A stretch of DNA of 63,559 nt, filler included, from Sluysia triapertura (Eukaryota): NCBI GenBank assembly GCA_046118255.1. It is 5 parts of 5 records of this genome, joined end to end, with 100 filler letters (N's around TTAATTAATTAA, not from the genome) between each part and the next. Parts side by side here need not be neighbours in the genome. Positions count along the whole stretch, not along the records: positions 28,960 to 40,867 come from JBJNIA010157269.1; positions 40,968 to 51,766 come from JBJNIA010191595.1; positions 51,867 to 63,559 come from JBJNIA010179140.1; 2 more parts are not named here. The stretch is one strand, 5' to 3'. Positions within the stretch are counted from its first letter, which is position 1; the number at the start of each line of letters is the position of its first letter. The translations under genes were made by a program, and so were the position numbers. Under the pieces are notes generated by a model. That model had not been told where the DNA came from, ran no database searches, and was given only the letters and a program-made list of their open reading frames with translations. This document shows positions 38,311 to 52,607 of this stretch, piece by piece.

Positions 38311-39694
38311 AGGTGGACGACATATATATAACAGTGGTTTTTTAATGCATCTCATTTAATAATTGTTGAATAATTATAAAAAAATAATATAATTTATTAA
38401 TGATTATACCCTTTAATTTGATTATAACATAAATATTTAATATTAAACGACATTTAATTAAAAAAAGTAATTTTAGGGTGTGATAGAATATAACAACACT
38501 TAGTTTAATAATTAATTAACTTAAAATTAAAATTATTTAATAGCCAATAAAGTCACCATTCTTCTTTAAGACTTCAATAAGTCTTTTAGGCATTGAGCTA
38601 AGTAGATTTTTCATCTCCTCAAAGCCGATTTCTTCCCAAGCAGAAAGAATGGCTGCTTTCAAATTCTTTACATTGTCAAATTGGCGTACATTACGTAAAC
38701 CTTCCGAACGAGTAAACCCCAGAGGTTCTCATTGGGGTTTAAATCAGGGCTACAAGATTGCCAAGTCAAAACCCGAATTTGGTTGTCTCAGCGGAGCAAT
38801 GGGTTGAACAATGGTCTTGTTGTAAGATCAAGTTTTGGCCTCCAATTTGACCTGCGACGGGGATGAGGATGTCATTGAATGTTTGAATATACTTCTGTGA
38901 GTTTTGTTTGTTTTCCCATTCCAACCAAAGGTTGCCCAGACCATCACCGAACCACCTCTGAAACCACGTTATTTGAAGTGCTCCGGACTCTTTCTCAAGT
39001 CATGCCAGTAAAACTGGCATCCGTCGGGGCCGACTTGTGCGCTGCTGTGAGTTTTGGTTTGGGCTTCCTCTTTTCATATCTTAAGTGGTGGCAGTTGCCT
39101 ACAACCCTTTGGACAGTTCTTATTGAACAAGGAAACTTATGGACCAATTTAATCTGTTTGGAGACATTTTGGTCAGTGACGTCACGAAAAATGTTCCTTT
39201 TGTCTCGCGATGTCAACTTTGATTTCTGCCATTTTCTTATTTTCTTGCCATAATTCTCGGGATCTTGAAGAAATCAACTGCTTGTGCTAGCATCTCTGTT
39301 AGTGCGACGTCCAATTTCACTTATTCCCAAATTTGCATCCCTATAGGCCAAAATTTGTCCAATTTCAATAGGCAATAGTTTCCCTTTGGCATCTTAAGAT
39401 AATTTTATTTGTCAAAAGTTTTTAATTAAATATATAATAACTAATAAAAAATTATTTAAATAGAATATATTAAATAAAATTAATGTATTAAACTTTAGAA
39501 TGGTGTTGCTATAATTTTGTCATGTAAAAATCACATTTCATTTCTAATTCAAATATGGCGCAGTAATTAGGTATTTATTTTAATAATATTTTACTTGTTT
39601 TCATGAATGCTTATAATAATAAAATCAAAAATAAATATCATTAATAATTAATTAAAAACAAAAAAACTACTGTTGTTATATATGTCGTCCACTG
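38311..39694 (-). mobile_element. Tc3-like DD34E transposon with both ends, decayed transposase (39392-38537)
   Basis: TIRs (A)GTGGACGACATATATA..ACAGT at both ends, TA on both sides; MPKG start, KPKLTAAHK, SPDLNPNENLWG, GDFIGY* with deletions and frameshifts. Confidence 0.9.
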
Positions 39695-39779
39695 TAGTTG
39701 TAGCCTTTTGAGTTTGGTAATGAAAATTGTGTTTGTGTTTCATGCCTATTGTTTGTTGGCTTGATATTTTGTGTTAGAC

Positions 39780-40260
39780 TGCGTTGAAGTTTGTTTAAGT
39801 TTTATTTATAAGGAGTGGTTAATTTGTGTTAATGTTTGCCCACGATTATGTTTATGGCTAGAGTGTTTTAATTTTGAGGTTACCACATCGTGTTTACGAT
39901 GATACTATAAGAATCATATGCCTTGACATATACCAATATGTGTATAACTCATACAAATACGGTAATATCCACTCGATTCAACCATGTTTTATTCTTAAAT
40001 TATATCTTAAACGTAATATCATTCATTAAATTTACAAAACTCTTCCTGTAAATTACGTTAGTTTTGTGTTTCATTTATTGGGATATTTTTTCGTCAGAAT
40101 TTGTCATAAATACATTTTAAAATATTTGTTAAAATACCAATTACATACTTATTCCAATAGATGCTGTTAACAGTTTAATGTTGTAAGGATCTTTGTCTAT
40201 TTTCATTGTAAATTCTGGTAAACCTAGCTTCTGTATTGGAATCAGCTGAATGTAAGTTGC
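39780..40260 (-). mobile_element. Penelope-like remnant (RT start fused to GIY-YIG motif)
   Basis: KIDKDPYNIKLLTASI (KIHK.P..RPI.S.I-like) and SSGYYRIC..THIG (GIY-YIG-like). Confidence 0.45.
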
Positions 40261-40351
40261 AATGTATTATTGTTGATTATTAATTATTGAGTACTACTTA
40301 TATTATTTTCTATAAATTACATTTGACCTCAAATGTTTAAGCATTATTTAA

Positions 40352-40548
40352 TCTATTAAGTACTATTTTTTAATTTTTGCATACTTTGGAAAATTATACT
40401 AATGTAACATACAAAAAAATTTTAATTGGATATTAATTTTTATTGAAAATTTATTTGTTTACATATGGGTACATTTATGTGCAGTTTTATGGTTTGAAGT
40501 AAAAAAAAAACAGCCGTGTCCCCAATGGGAACGTTGGTACTGAATAGA
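40352..40548. mobile_element. 197-bp piggyBac-type MITE
   Basis: TTAA on both sides (40348-40351, 40549-40552); TIR TCTATTAAGTAC / GTACTGAATAGA (11/12). Confidence 0.7.
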
Positions 40549-40867
40549 TTAATATTGTTATAAAATAAAATTTATAAAGAACTTAAATCAAAAATAAAAG
40601 ATTTCAAAAACTAATTATAAACTAATATAAATTATTATATTACTTACATTAATACATTCACGGACAGTAACGGCTATAGCCGTCTTTCTCGTCATTATGC
40701 GGTTATTGGTTCATATATATATATATGAGTACAGATAATTATATTCAAATACTAAAAATATTATTATAATTAGCATTACTAAAGTAAAACCGATATTAAC
40801 TCGTTCGCTACCAGCCGGCACATATGTGTGCCACTGTAATTCGTTACCAGAGACCAGCGGCACATAT

Positions 40868-40967
40868 NNNNNNNNNNNNNNNNNNNNNNNNNNNNNNNNN
40901 NNNNNNNNNNNTTAATTAATTAANNNNNNNNNNNNNNNNNNNNNNNNNNNNNNNNNNNNNNNNNNNN
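40868..40967. other. Artificial assembly spacer
   Basis: 44N-TTAATTAATTAA-44N. Confidence 0.97.
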
Positions 40968-42698
40968 ATTGAATGTCAGTTTTGACATTTATCTCACAAT
41001 TTTTAGTATTTGAGCAAAATAAACAATCATTGAATGGCCAATAAAATTTTGATGCAGTCTGGCATAAATTAATTAGCCGGCAGATAATTAAAACAATTCA
41101 ATTAGTAGTCTCAACTCTTAATTTGTCTGATCACAATAATGTTAGCCACAATTTCAATCATATTATTTAAAAATCATGTTTATTTTTTTTCACAATTCAA
41201 CAGAATTTTTCGCAACATAAAAATAGACAATTTTAAACTCAAGCAAACAGAACAGAACTAAGTATGTTGAATTTAAAATGTTATGACAAATGTAACGCTC
41301 TTAAAATTGATCATCATTCTAATTATCATGAAGGTTTACTAAGACCAATAACAACAATAGGTCCTTTAATTTCAACTTCTAAACATGATTCACCGAACAA
41401 TCTTCTTAAGAATATAATCGAAGCAACTACAATAGTAATAAAAGATTATCAGTATCTTATTCTTGATATTATTTTTCTACTTTGTAACCAATATCGAGAA
41501 TCAAAACATCGTTAAATGAAAGCAGCCAAGAAGTTTAGAATGAAATGTGTAGCAATTATTTACAAAATTTAGTATCTACAAAGCTATGTTTAACTTTGTC
41601 CACAAGGTCGATGTTTATTAGGATTCATGTTGAATTACCAGTAAAATATATCGATGTTCAAAACGATGTCAAGACTATAATAAGTTCCAATGAGAATATA
41701 GTTATTGCAACCGATAATTATCATTAGTTTTTCAACCTATGAATTATAATTTCCATGTAACAAGGCGTTTGTTAATATAATACGAGAAGTTCATACAACA
41801 TAAACTGAAAATACTTACGAATATAATCTCCAAACACAATTGACCGTATAAATATTATTTGGGTGCAATACAATACAACTAATATCAAGACAACGTTACA
41901 CGAATCATGTGTCGGCTGATCAGACAAAGAAATCATGTATTACGTGTCTCAAGTATTACATTTTAAATTTTATACTCATTTATTTTAGTTTATTTTGATC
42001 CTTTTATCGAGATCCGGCCTGTTCAATGTTCAGGAATATTCCAAAATTTTATATTTAATAACTTTTAACATTCACTTATATAGTGATAACTAAATTAGAT
42101 TTAATTTTTAAAATATATCTTATACATTATTTTTGTTATTCGAATTTTTATAAGTTTAATTTAAATTATGTAATTTTTAGAGGAAATATTAGTAAATGTA
42201 TTTTTATAATTAATATTAATAATTTTTATTTTAATAATTGTTCACCAAGTAAATTTGAATACAATTTCTACAATAATATTACACTAAATAAACATTTTTC
42301 TAATAATTTAACACGAAATAAATTGAATAACTAATCAATTTTCTAACAACATTACCCCAAATCTTCCATAATATAATAAACGAAATTCTAAATTTAAATC
42401 ACCTAAGCCTAAAACATTAATACTCAATATTTTAAAACATTTTATAATTTTAATGAAACCTTAATTCCATGGAAACAATGATGATAAAATTCATATATCA
42501 ATTTTCGAACAAAATAATAGCGTATAATATACATTTTTTCGCGAGAAAGCATTATTTAAGTATGTTTTTGTATTGAATTAATTGCTAGAACAATTAACGG
42601 AAAATGTGGCTAAGTACGCGGAGAAATAATGAGAAAAGAAAAGAAAAGCTTGAACATCATGAAAATATCACAGAATATGAAGAAAAACGAGTAAGCAC

Positions 42699-42749
<51 letters not shown>
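42699..42749. repeat. (AAT)n microsatellite
   Basis: Direct reading. Confidence 0.95.
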
Positions 42750-42750
<1 letters not shown>

Positions 42751-44539
42751 TTGAGTTAATATTATTGAATTAATATTTTGTTTTAGTTAAAATTTAAAGA
42801 TTTCGTTTACGCTAATCAAAATATGTAAATTATAAAATTAAAATTAAAATACAAAAATCAAAATTTAAAATAAATTATAAATCAAAATTACGGTATTTTA
42901 CAAAGAGAAATAATCGAGTAAATATTTAATAAAAGAACAATGATCCTAAGAGACTGTAATAGTAATGATATCCAAGGTAATGGTAAAAGTAATGACAAGA
43001 ACATGTTGCTATCATCGTTATAGCAAATAGTCAATAAAAGTATTTATTGTAATGGTAAAAAAAGTAATGACAAAAGTCTATTCTTATCATCTTCATTATT
43101 AATATTACTAAAAGCTTATTATTTTATGAGAGAAATAATAATCAATGCATATTATAGAAAATAATAATATGTAATAAATAAATTAAATTACAGAAAAAAG
43201 AATAAATAATATAAGTTTATTATTTTATTACAAAAAAGACAACAACCATTACTTTAAAAAGCGAATGTAAAGAAACAATCAGAAGGTATATTTATTCGAT
43301 TGTGAAGATTGTGAAGGTATATTTATTGAATCGTGAAAACTGCGAAGATTGTTAAGAAATATCTGATACACCCTTATTTAGTTGCAGAGAAGATTACTAA
43401 AGATATTTGACATTTGGCGTCAAGGTAAAGTTATCAGACAATATCAAGATATTGATCATAAGGTATAATTCGATTATTTCCCTTTATAAAAATTTTGATT
43501 TAACGTCATTATTACTTGATTGGGATAATATTTGAATAATTATAAAATCTTCTAAAATATATTTTAAAACATGTTAAGTACGTGTGGCATTTGTGAATAA
43601 ATTTTCTTTTACTTTAAAACAGTTTATTTATCAATAAACATTTGTACAAGTTTATCCTTATTATATTTGTTGATTTGTGTTTAATAACTTACAACCATTT
43701 TATATCATTGTTTGTTAATTTTGTAAAATTTTGTTAGTTTTTATAATCATCTATTCTATAAATATTCATTTGACAGTACGAATAAACTTTTTAATATATC
43801 TTGATTAGTGACTTTAAACTAGTTCGTGTTAGTTTCTAGCTAGACAAGAGAAAGAGAACTCGAATCCTAAAATCACATACTTAATATTGCACTTCCATCT
43901 CTCCCATCAGAGACGAGTGAACATTAACCCCCAGACATTATTATCAGTGTTAGAATAATCATCTTAAGTTCACGTTATGATCTTAGCATCTACAAATAAA
44001 GTGGAAGTCACCATCAAAGACAAAATCATATAAAATCATAACATCATCAACAACAACAACAATAATAATAATAATAAATTTTTATCCATGCAGTGAGTTA
44101 TAAATTAAATAGTTTCTAAAGTTAATATTATATTTGACAAATTGTTTACGAACAGCTGAAGAAAGAATAATGTTAAATCTAAAATTAGGACCAAAAGAAT
44201 GTCACACCTATAATATTCTGGTGTTCATGGAAGCTATAGATGAACGAATTAATGAAATATTAATTCAAGAAAATTCGATGTCACCTTTGAATTCAGACCA
44301 GTGCAAGCAAAAGACATAATGGACAATACAGTTTTAAGTATAATAAAATGATACAATATCGAAAATTAAAAGCAAATAAACTGAAAAAATTTGACAAGCA
44401 AATTAAAAATGTTCTATTGAAATTGCTTTAGCTGGTAGTGAGAGATGTAGAAAAAGCAATTTTAATAGCATGAGAAGCTGAAGAAATAAATAAAATATAC
44501 AAGAAAATTTAGAAAAAGTAACATATGAATATTTACAAT

Positions 44540-44617
44540 GTTGTAATTGTTAGACTTCATAAAATGGACTGACCGGGGATCGAACCCGGGATGCTTCACC
44601 AATGAGCTATCAGCCCC
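44540..44617 (-). mobile_element. tRNA-derived SINE / tRNA pseudogene copy lacking the anticodon arm
   Basis: Reverse complement GGGCTGATAGCTCATTGGTGAAGCAT-CCCGGGTTCGATCCCCGGTCAGTCCA-TTTTATGAAGTCTAAC: A box, B box, acceptor stem GGGCTGA/TCAGTCC. Confidence 0.8.
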
Positions 44618-47600
44618 GTCTAATAATTTTATTTTATTATAGTCAACATTTATACATGTCATTTTAGGCCTATATCACAACATAATAATCTCGATTCATT
44701 AGAATTGGAAATAAATCGATATCGTAAAGAATTGCGTGAATTAAAAGCAATTATTAAAGATGTGGAAATTGTACGTTATGCTAAAATGTATGAACTAAAA
44801 CTATAATAACATAATGTAGATAGAAAAAGGCGTGAAAAAGAAATTATTCAAATGGAAATAGCTATTGAAGAAATAAAGGACCCAAGTTAAACAAATTTAA
44901 CAATAGCAATAAAAACAACAATAATAATAATAGTTAAAAATATTATAATTTTTTCCGTAAATTAGGCCATCCAGACTATTTAAAAAGAACATTAAAAATT
45001 TAAATGCATATTGAAATTTAGTAGTATTAAAGACGGATTAGTGTGACGTATGATTATCCAAGTATGTGTTTTTTTATTATTTCATTTTGACAATGCTCCT
45101 CAGAAAGATAAGATAGTTAATGTGTATAAATTAATAGCCTATTTATATAAGCATGAATCATTAGAAGGCGTTAAAGAATTATAAAAGAGAAATTTAGAGA
45201 ACTTGTAGTTGTAATTGAAAGTAAATAAATAGCACTAAGTGAATTATGTGATTCTGTGTCTTGAAATTTTACTACATCAACATTTAATACTTTGCGTACT
45301 TGATACTGATAAATATCTCAGTTGTAGTCATAATTTGGTTAACAATCATGATAATTTTGTAGTAAGCATTCATCTTCATTTCTGTGTTCACGTTACTCGA
45401 TTGTAAAATCCATTTTTCTCGATACCGAAAGCAAAACATTATGTGCTAGTTATAATCGTATAGATAAAGCAGTAAAGTTACTATAATTCAAATTTGGTGA
45501 AAGATTAAGAAAAATATTAAACATTCCAATTTATAAAATTATCCCCATAAAATAAGTTAATAGTAGATTATTATTATACAAGTCGGTTTAAATTAACTTT
45601 CTGTTTAAAAGTTAAATTAGAAAGTTATGTCTATGATAATTTTAGTAATTCATGTGCTTTGTTATTTTATGCGTTACCGTAAAATTGCTGGGCTACTTTT
45701 TGAGATTCACTCATACCTATAAACCATTATGTACTCGTTATGATTATGTTTATAGTGTTAAAATTTTTAGAATTAAAATTTCATGAGAAGTTAAATAAAA
45801 AGAAAACTTTAGTTATTTAACTAAGCTATTAAAACTGTCCAATGTTTTTTCGTATAAATTTTTAGAAATAACTTTAAAATTTTATGGTACATTTTATTAT
45901 CCACTTATAATTATCATGGAAGTTTATCATTCTTTGTAGACAGCGAAACGCAAATTGTGTTGAGTTTTGTAGACTTAATATAAATCACAGTCAGAGACAA
46001 ACGTTATTTCGCTTAGATGTTACTGCGTAAGGAATATTATTCGTGTACAATTTACGCTGAGTTTGATCCAAAACATTGACGAAAGATGATGATATAATTT
46101 AAAGAAAAATATCGTGAAACATCTTGTGATCTGCATTATTACCAAAAGGCATTATTTTTATGACTTTTACAGTTAATTTTTACATTTGTCGTTTTAATGT
46201 TTGTGTTGTACATAAATTATTTTCTATTTTCTTTTCTTGGGCCAGTATGAACCCTAACATAAAGAGAATGTTTTGGCCAAAAATAATTTATATTAATATA
46301 TAAATAATTATAATGATCAATTATAATAAACAATTATAACCAAATTGGCACATTCGGTATTCGGATTGAAATAAATCCGAGCTGAGTCATTTAATAGTTA
46401 TATTAGTAAAACGACGAACAAGGCAAAAGTTATTTATTTAAATAAATTGTATATATTTTTAATCTCAATCAACCCACATATTTCTATTAAATTAAATAGA
46501 AAATATTTTTACTTAAAAGATAAACCTGAGTTAAATTTTAAGTGCAAGTGTAATCGAGAATTAGAATTCAATTGTTCACTCAGTCTTTATATGTCGACAC
46601 TCGCCATCATTTTTTTAAAGCTAAGCACATTAATACAATCATTTTCGTTTTACAAAATGTATTAAGAATTATACATACACCAATTCCACAAATATTCAGC
46701 ATAAGATAAACTCAAATGCAATTTTAAACAAATTAACAAATATAGTCGACAACACAAAAACTTATTTCACAAATATACTGTATCCAATAAACCCATTATT
46801 ATCTTGCAAATTATCTAATTATTACAAGTTCTTAATTTTTAAAAATCAAACTGAAGTATATTAAATACGCTATATAAGATAATACAATTGGAATCACATT
46901 TCAGCAATACTGTCATTATCTCGGTCTTAAATTAATTATTGTAAGTAATGTAGTTAATTAATGTAAATCTTGGAAAATCTATCAAAATGTAAAGGTTTAA
47001 ATATTGTAAATGTTTTATTTTTATTGTACAAATTATAAAATATTATAAAAATTTATTAAAAATTTTATTATTTAAAAAATTATTTAAATTATATTAAAAT
47101 CAAAATTATTATTTAATTATTTTAAAATATGATACAAAAGAAAGTTCTGAAAGTAATTTTGTTTGACTTAAATAAAAACTTTAAAATGTCTTTATGACTA
47201 TATAAAGACAAACAAAAAAATTCAAGTCACAATTAAAAAATTATAAATAAAGAAAGTCGCCATTATTCCAAACAAAGACCATTATAAATCAAAAGACTCC
47301 ATTTTGGTTTCAACGTGAATTCATCATCAGTTTGTGGTATATTCCATCAACTCTTCAATTCAATTTATACATTATCGCTTAAATCACGCGTATACGATTA
47401 GAGGGATAGCGATCTCCAAACGTCAACATCACCACAGATCAAGTTAATCTTCAACAAATTACTTCGAGCAGCCGCGCTCTGATTTTTATTATTGATTAAT
47501 CCGTATATTAATTTTACGTAGCTGAACACTCACTTGCTGAGTTAAAATTTAAGCGTAAAATACTATTTTTCACGGTTGGTCATTAAGGCCAATCGCAAAA

Positions 47601-50545
47601 TTCATCTAAAATATAAAATCTTAGACCTTTAGTTGGCCCTTAAGGTCAATTATAAAATAGTTATTGTAGGGTAGAGTTTTTTAGCTAAACCCTTATTATA
47701 ATTTGAATATTATTATTATCAGTTTATCATTTATAAATTTTTTGTCGTATTAATAATTATCTTTTATTGAATTTTGTGTATTTATAATAATTTTATTTTA
47801 TTTCAAATGTTTATATAATAAAAGTATTAAAAAATTGTACGCTTTGTTAATTATTCTAATATTAAGATCATAACTTAGACCTATTTGATAGTTACCATAA
47901 TTCTAATTGTGTTTCATTGAATTTAGTAGAAAAACCAAAAGTCCTAACGATCATTAAATTAAAATATAAAGAGAGAAGGACAGATACACTTTCATACAAA
48001 TATTATTCACTTGAATTTCATACAATTCCTAAGTTATCGTTGGTCTTAATTAGTTTTTGAGTTATTTAGTGTTAATTGACATAAACGACGATTTTGCCCA
48101 TTATTATTAAGTTAAGGCAAAGAATATTTTTCGTACGATTAATTTTGATAATTGTTTTCACGTAATTTTACAGTACGCCATTAGTAAGTCCTAGACTGTA
48201 AACGGACTCATAATAATTAATTATTTTGCTGTAGGTTAGGTTTGTAGATCAATAAAAACACCCAGCACACACCAAAATATAAACTATGAACTATTAACGT
48301 GCAACTCATATATTATTAAACGTTCAATCATTCAATTATTCTTTTTAATGACAAATAAATGTTCTCGATTTTTTTATAATCTTTTAATTTGTAAAGATAT
48401 CATATATAAGATAGATTGTAGAAATGGAATAATTAATGTTTTTCTAAATAATTTGATAATACATAACTTCAAAGCATTTTTTAATGAGATTAAAATTAAA
48501 TTACCAAAGAGATTGAATTTGAAAATAGACGGAAATTGCTATCGAAATTCAATCAGTAAAATTAGCGGCTTATTACCCACTAAAAGGAAATAGACAGCTT
48601 TCATTTCCACCTTGTTCAATTTGTAATTCTAATTTCTTACAACATCATAAAATTTGTATATAAATAGTTACATATATATATATATATATGTATATATATA
48701 GGCCAGAGTTAGAGTTAAGATAACAAAACTTTCTAGCTGAGGGATGCTGTCTTAATTCGTCTGTGGTTAAGGTGATATCAGGGCTTATTCTTTAGTAATT
48801 GATTAACATAAATATTTAGAGTTAGAGGATCTAGGGTTAGTTATTTATTTTATATTTTGTATTAATACCGGTGCGAATATTTAAGTAAGTTGTGTCACTC
48901 CTGGTTAATATTCCTCATTGAACAATAATTTGTATTGTTAAAAAGAATATTTTAGTTGTATTCTTGTGACATCGTGGAGAATATATCGAGATTTTGAATT
49001 TATTTAATTATTGAGTTTTAATTTAGTAATTTGGGAAAATAACAGTATTAGAAACAACAGTATAATCTACAAATTAATAGAATATTTGCATCTGCCCAAT
49101 CATAAACTATTTCGTACACGTTTCGATAACGAATGTAATGATTAGGATTGAATTAAGTAAAGCTTCGTGGGTTATACTTAAATTTAATATTAGTGTTAAG
49201 CTTTGACGGCGTAGACAAGTTATCATTAATATTAAAATTTAAATTGTTAGGATAAAGAAATAATTTGCTATAATGCTTAAGGCATTTAAAAATTATTCTT
49301 TTAACTTTTTATATTTAAAGAAACTGAAACAGTGCTTAAGGCACTTTAATTTATATTCAAAATTATCTTGTAGTTTATTATTATTCCGAAAAAAGGAGAA
49401 ACTTTTACATTAGACTTTACTGTATTTGCATAAATAATTTATACATTGTCTTTGATAACAAAAGTTTAAACAAAATGTTATACATATTTTTATCTAACAT
49501 TGTCAAAACAATTTTAAAACATTTTAACGTATGCTTGAGATTGTACTTTTCGTCAATTTGTAAAGAGGTTATCTACATATTTTGTGGAAATTTAGAGATA
49601 ATTAAATAGTTTATGTTATGTGAGAATTTGGTAAAGATTTAAATAAAACTTTTAATTTTACTTTTATTTATTTATGTATTTAGATACGTTTATATACATG
49701 AGTTCTCTATGACACCGGGCTTACACTCAAGAGCTGATGCATAGATGTCAGGGTTTAAAGAAAATGGAAATACTGAGGGTTAAAGAAAACATTTTCAATT
49801 ACGTTTTTTGCTAATATCAGCAAAGTTATAATTTCAAATAATTTAGATACGATCTAAAAATATTCTTTAATTGAACTTTAAATTGGCTATTATAAAAGCT
49901 AACTCTATTTTGTTCTTTTATAATTATATAATTTAGTTAATTACGTAGGTCAATAAGGTTTATAAGTGGAAAATTCTTTAATGCAAACAATTATTATTAA
50001 TTTTTACAAGATACGAATTTTTATTAATCTTATTGCTATATTTACTATTTTTTAATGCACAACTAAATTTTTAATAAAAACAAAATGTAATAGACAGATG
50101 GGCAATTTAATCAAATTCAAAAATACTATTCAAATATTAAGAAATACAAGGAACAAATATTATCAAATTACAAAAAATGTTAAATTCAAGCAGATTTAAA
50201 CAATAATCAAATGTCAGCAAATAAAATATTACAAAAATCTTAGCTTAATACGATTTATACAATAAAGTATAAATTATAAAATATTATTCGAAATATAGAA
50301 ATGCAAAACTAAATTCAATGGACAAATAATTAATATAATTTTATTAGTATAAAAGGTTAATATGTAAGCCACAGAAATTTTAACTATTATTTTATTCCAG
50401 TAAAATAATATATGCAACATATCGAATTTCCTTCTGATGTTGAATTAAATGATTTAAAAGATGTATGAGAACAAAAATAATTGAATTAGGTGAGATATAT
50501 TGGGATACAGACCTAAAGTGCCATGTAATGTAACAAAATATAGTT

Positions 50546-50640
50546 GTGGAACATCGAACTACGGAGCAAGAGGTCCTGCGTTCGATCCCCGGTCAGTCCA
50601 TTTTACGAAGTCTAACAATAACAATAATATTAATAATATA
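50546..50640 (+). mobile_element. tRNA-Arg(ACG)-like SINE copy with (AAT)-rich tail
   Basis: CATCGAACTACGGAGCAAGAGGTCCTGCGTTCGATCCCCGGTCAGTCCATTTTACGAAGTCTAAC(aat)n. Confidence 0.75.
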
Positions 50641-51766
50641 CTTTTAATAATTTAATAATTTAATAATAATAATAATTCCTTTGACAACTATTCTATTATT
50701 AAAATATTAACAAATTATATGAATTAATAAATTATATGAAATTTTATATAAATTACGCGTAAATTGAAAATTACATTTACATTTTATATTTGTAATACAG
50801 TTAAGAAATTTTAAAATATTATAATTATTACAGAGAATTTGTAAAATAAAAATAAAAATAAAATAGAATTAAAAGAAAATAAAATTGAAAAAACTGCAAA
50901 AATTATAAAATTAATTGATTTTTAATTTAAAATAATAAATCCATTAAGACTAATTGATTTCATTAAAATAAAATAATGGATATTAATGGAATAGTCCATT
51001 AAATTGATGAAATTTATGAAATTAAATAAAATAATCTATTAAATTAATGGACAGTGATGGATTCTAAATTTAATAATGGATTTTCTTACTTAGATCAACT
51101 TACTTAGAAATTTATTAAATCAATGGATAATAAGTTTGGTCCTCATTCTGGCCACCAAATTTCGCAAGTGTTTTATCTAAGAAAGCTTAACTTGTGCTTA
51201 CAAAAAGATTCTGGAGGTTAGTTCGTCTAATAGATACGACTTAAATCTGAACGAGGGCGGTCTATTAGGATTTTCAGTCTAGTGACGAAAGATTTTAAGT
51301 TTAAGAATATGAAACTTTTAAGATCGGTCATGTTGTATTTATTCATGTCATATATATTCAAATTATAATTATGTTTTAAGTTAGCCTTTTACGGTCTATC
51401 AAAATAATTTTGTATTTTAAAAGTTAAGCTAGCCTTTTACAGTCCAGCGAGTTAAAAAAAGATTTTGTCTATGAAAAGAAAAATAAAACTTGATGTATAT
51501 TATCAGACAGTATTCAAATTTATACATGACGAATTATACAACCAATATAATAATGACTACACAATGACAGAGTTAACGTATAATAAAATAATGATCTTAC
51601 CGCTTAAATGAAATTTAGCGGATTTTTAACGTTATAAATTAACTTAGTTTTATTAAGGTCTAAGATAAAAATAAAACTATATTTTAAGTAATTAAAGTGT
51701 AGTGGGTATTTTCGAACTCTTTATAAAATTTAAGTCTTTTTGAATATTATATTTTTTCTCTTTCAA

Positions 51767-51866
51767 NNNNNNNNNNNNNNNNNNNNNNNNNNNNNNNNNN
51801 NNNNNNNNNNTTAATTAATTAANNNNNNNNNNNNNNNNNNNNNNNNNNNNNNNNNNNNNNNNNNNN
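51767..51866. other. Artificial assembly spacer
   Basis: 44N-TTAATTAATTAA-44N. Confidence 0.97.
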
Positions 51867-52607
51867 TGGTGAGGTCGAATTCATTAAAATGCTTGCTAAA
51901 CCTCCACTTACTGATGCTCATAAAATAGCAAGAATTAACTTTGACGAAAATCATATTAATGACAAAGATAATATTCTCAGATGAGAAGAAATTTAATTTG
52001 GATGATCCTGATGGTTATAATTACTATTGGCATCATCTAAGAGAATTTGTGGTGGAGGATCAGTTATGGTATGAGTTGCCATAATTTATGATAAAAAACT
52101 AGCTTTATATGTAGCTTCCATCATCTCTTAATAGTGATAAGTATTAGTCCCAGATAATATCAATATCATCTTTCAGCAGGATAACGTCCCTTGTCATCTA
52201 TCTAAAACTACACTTAATACCTTCAGTGAAGACCTCACTCCAATAGAAAAATGTGGTCTCAATTATCCTTTAAGGTGTACAGTCCAGGAAAATGGTATAA
52301 CAATATATCTGAGTTAAAAAATTCAATTTTGGATGCTTGGGAAAAGATTGAAATAAAGTGTAAATACATTGATTAATTCAATGACAAAAAAGTGTGTAGA
52401 GGTATTGAAAAACTCAGGAACATCAATAAAATACTAATTTTGTTCAATGCGTTGTATAGTCTCTTAAATGTGTTAAGTAGTTAAAATTTACAATAGTAAT
52501 TTATTGATGTTTATTTATTATATTGTGTAGTTAATTTGTTATAATATAAATTGTGTGTGTATATAGAGTAAAAATAGGGGGTGTCCTGTTCCACTTTTGA
52601 AACAGTG
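51867..52607 (+). mobile_element. Tc3-like transposon, 3' part with right TIR
   Basis: IFSDEKKFNLD.PDG..YYW, GGGSVMV, FQQDN.P.H, DL.PIE, AWEKI; ends ...acttttgaaacagtg. Confidence 0.88.

Noticed and set aside
41264-41920. Possible Penelope remnant (LRPITTI; YFGC...RYTNH)
   Set aside because: Motifs too degenerate to call without a profile search.
43340-43400. IVKKYLIHPYLV, TTLL-like motif
   Set aside because: Too short, with no supporting neighbouring motifs.
44540-44617. Functional tRNA gene
   Set aside because: Anticodon arm deleted; other copies lack the 5' half or a pairing anticodon stem.
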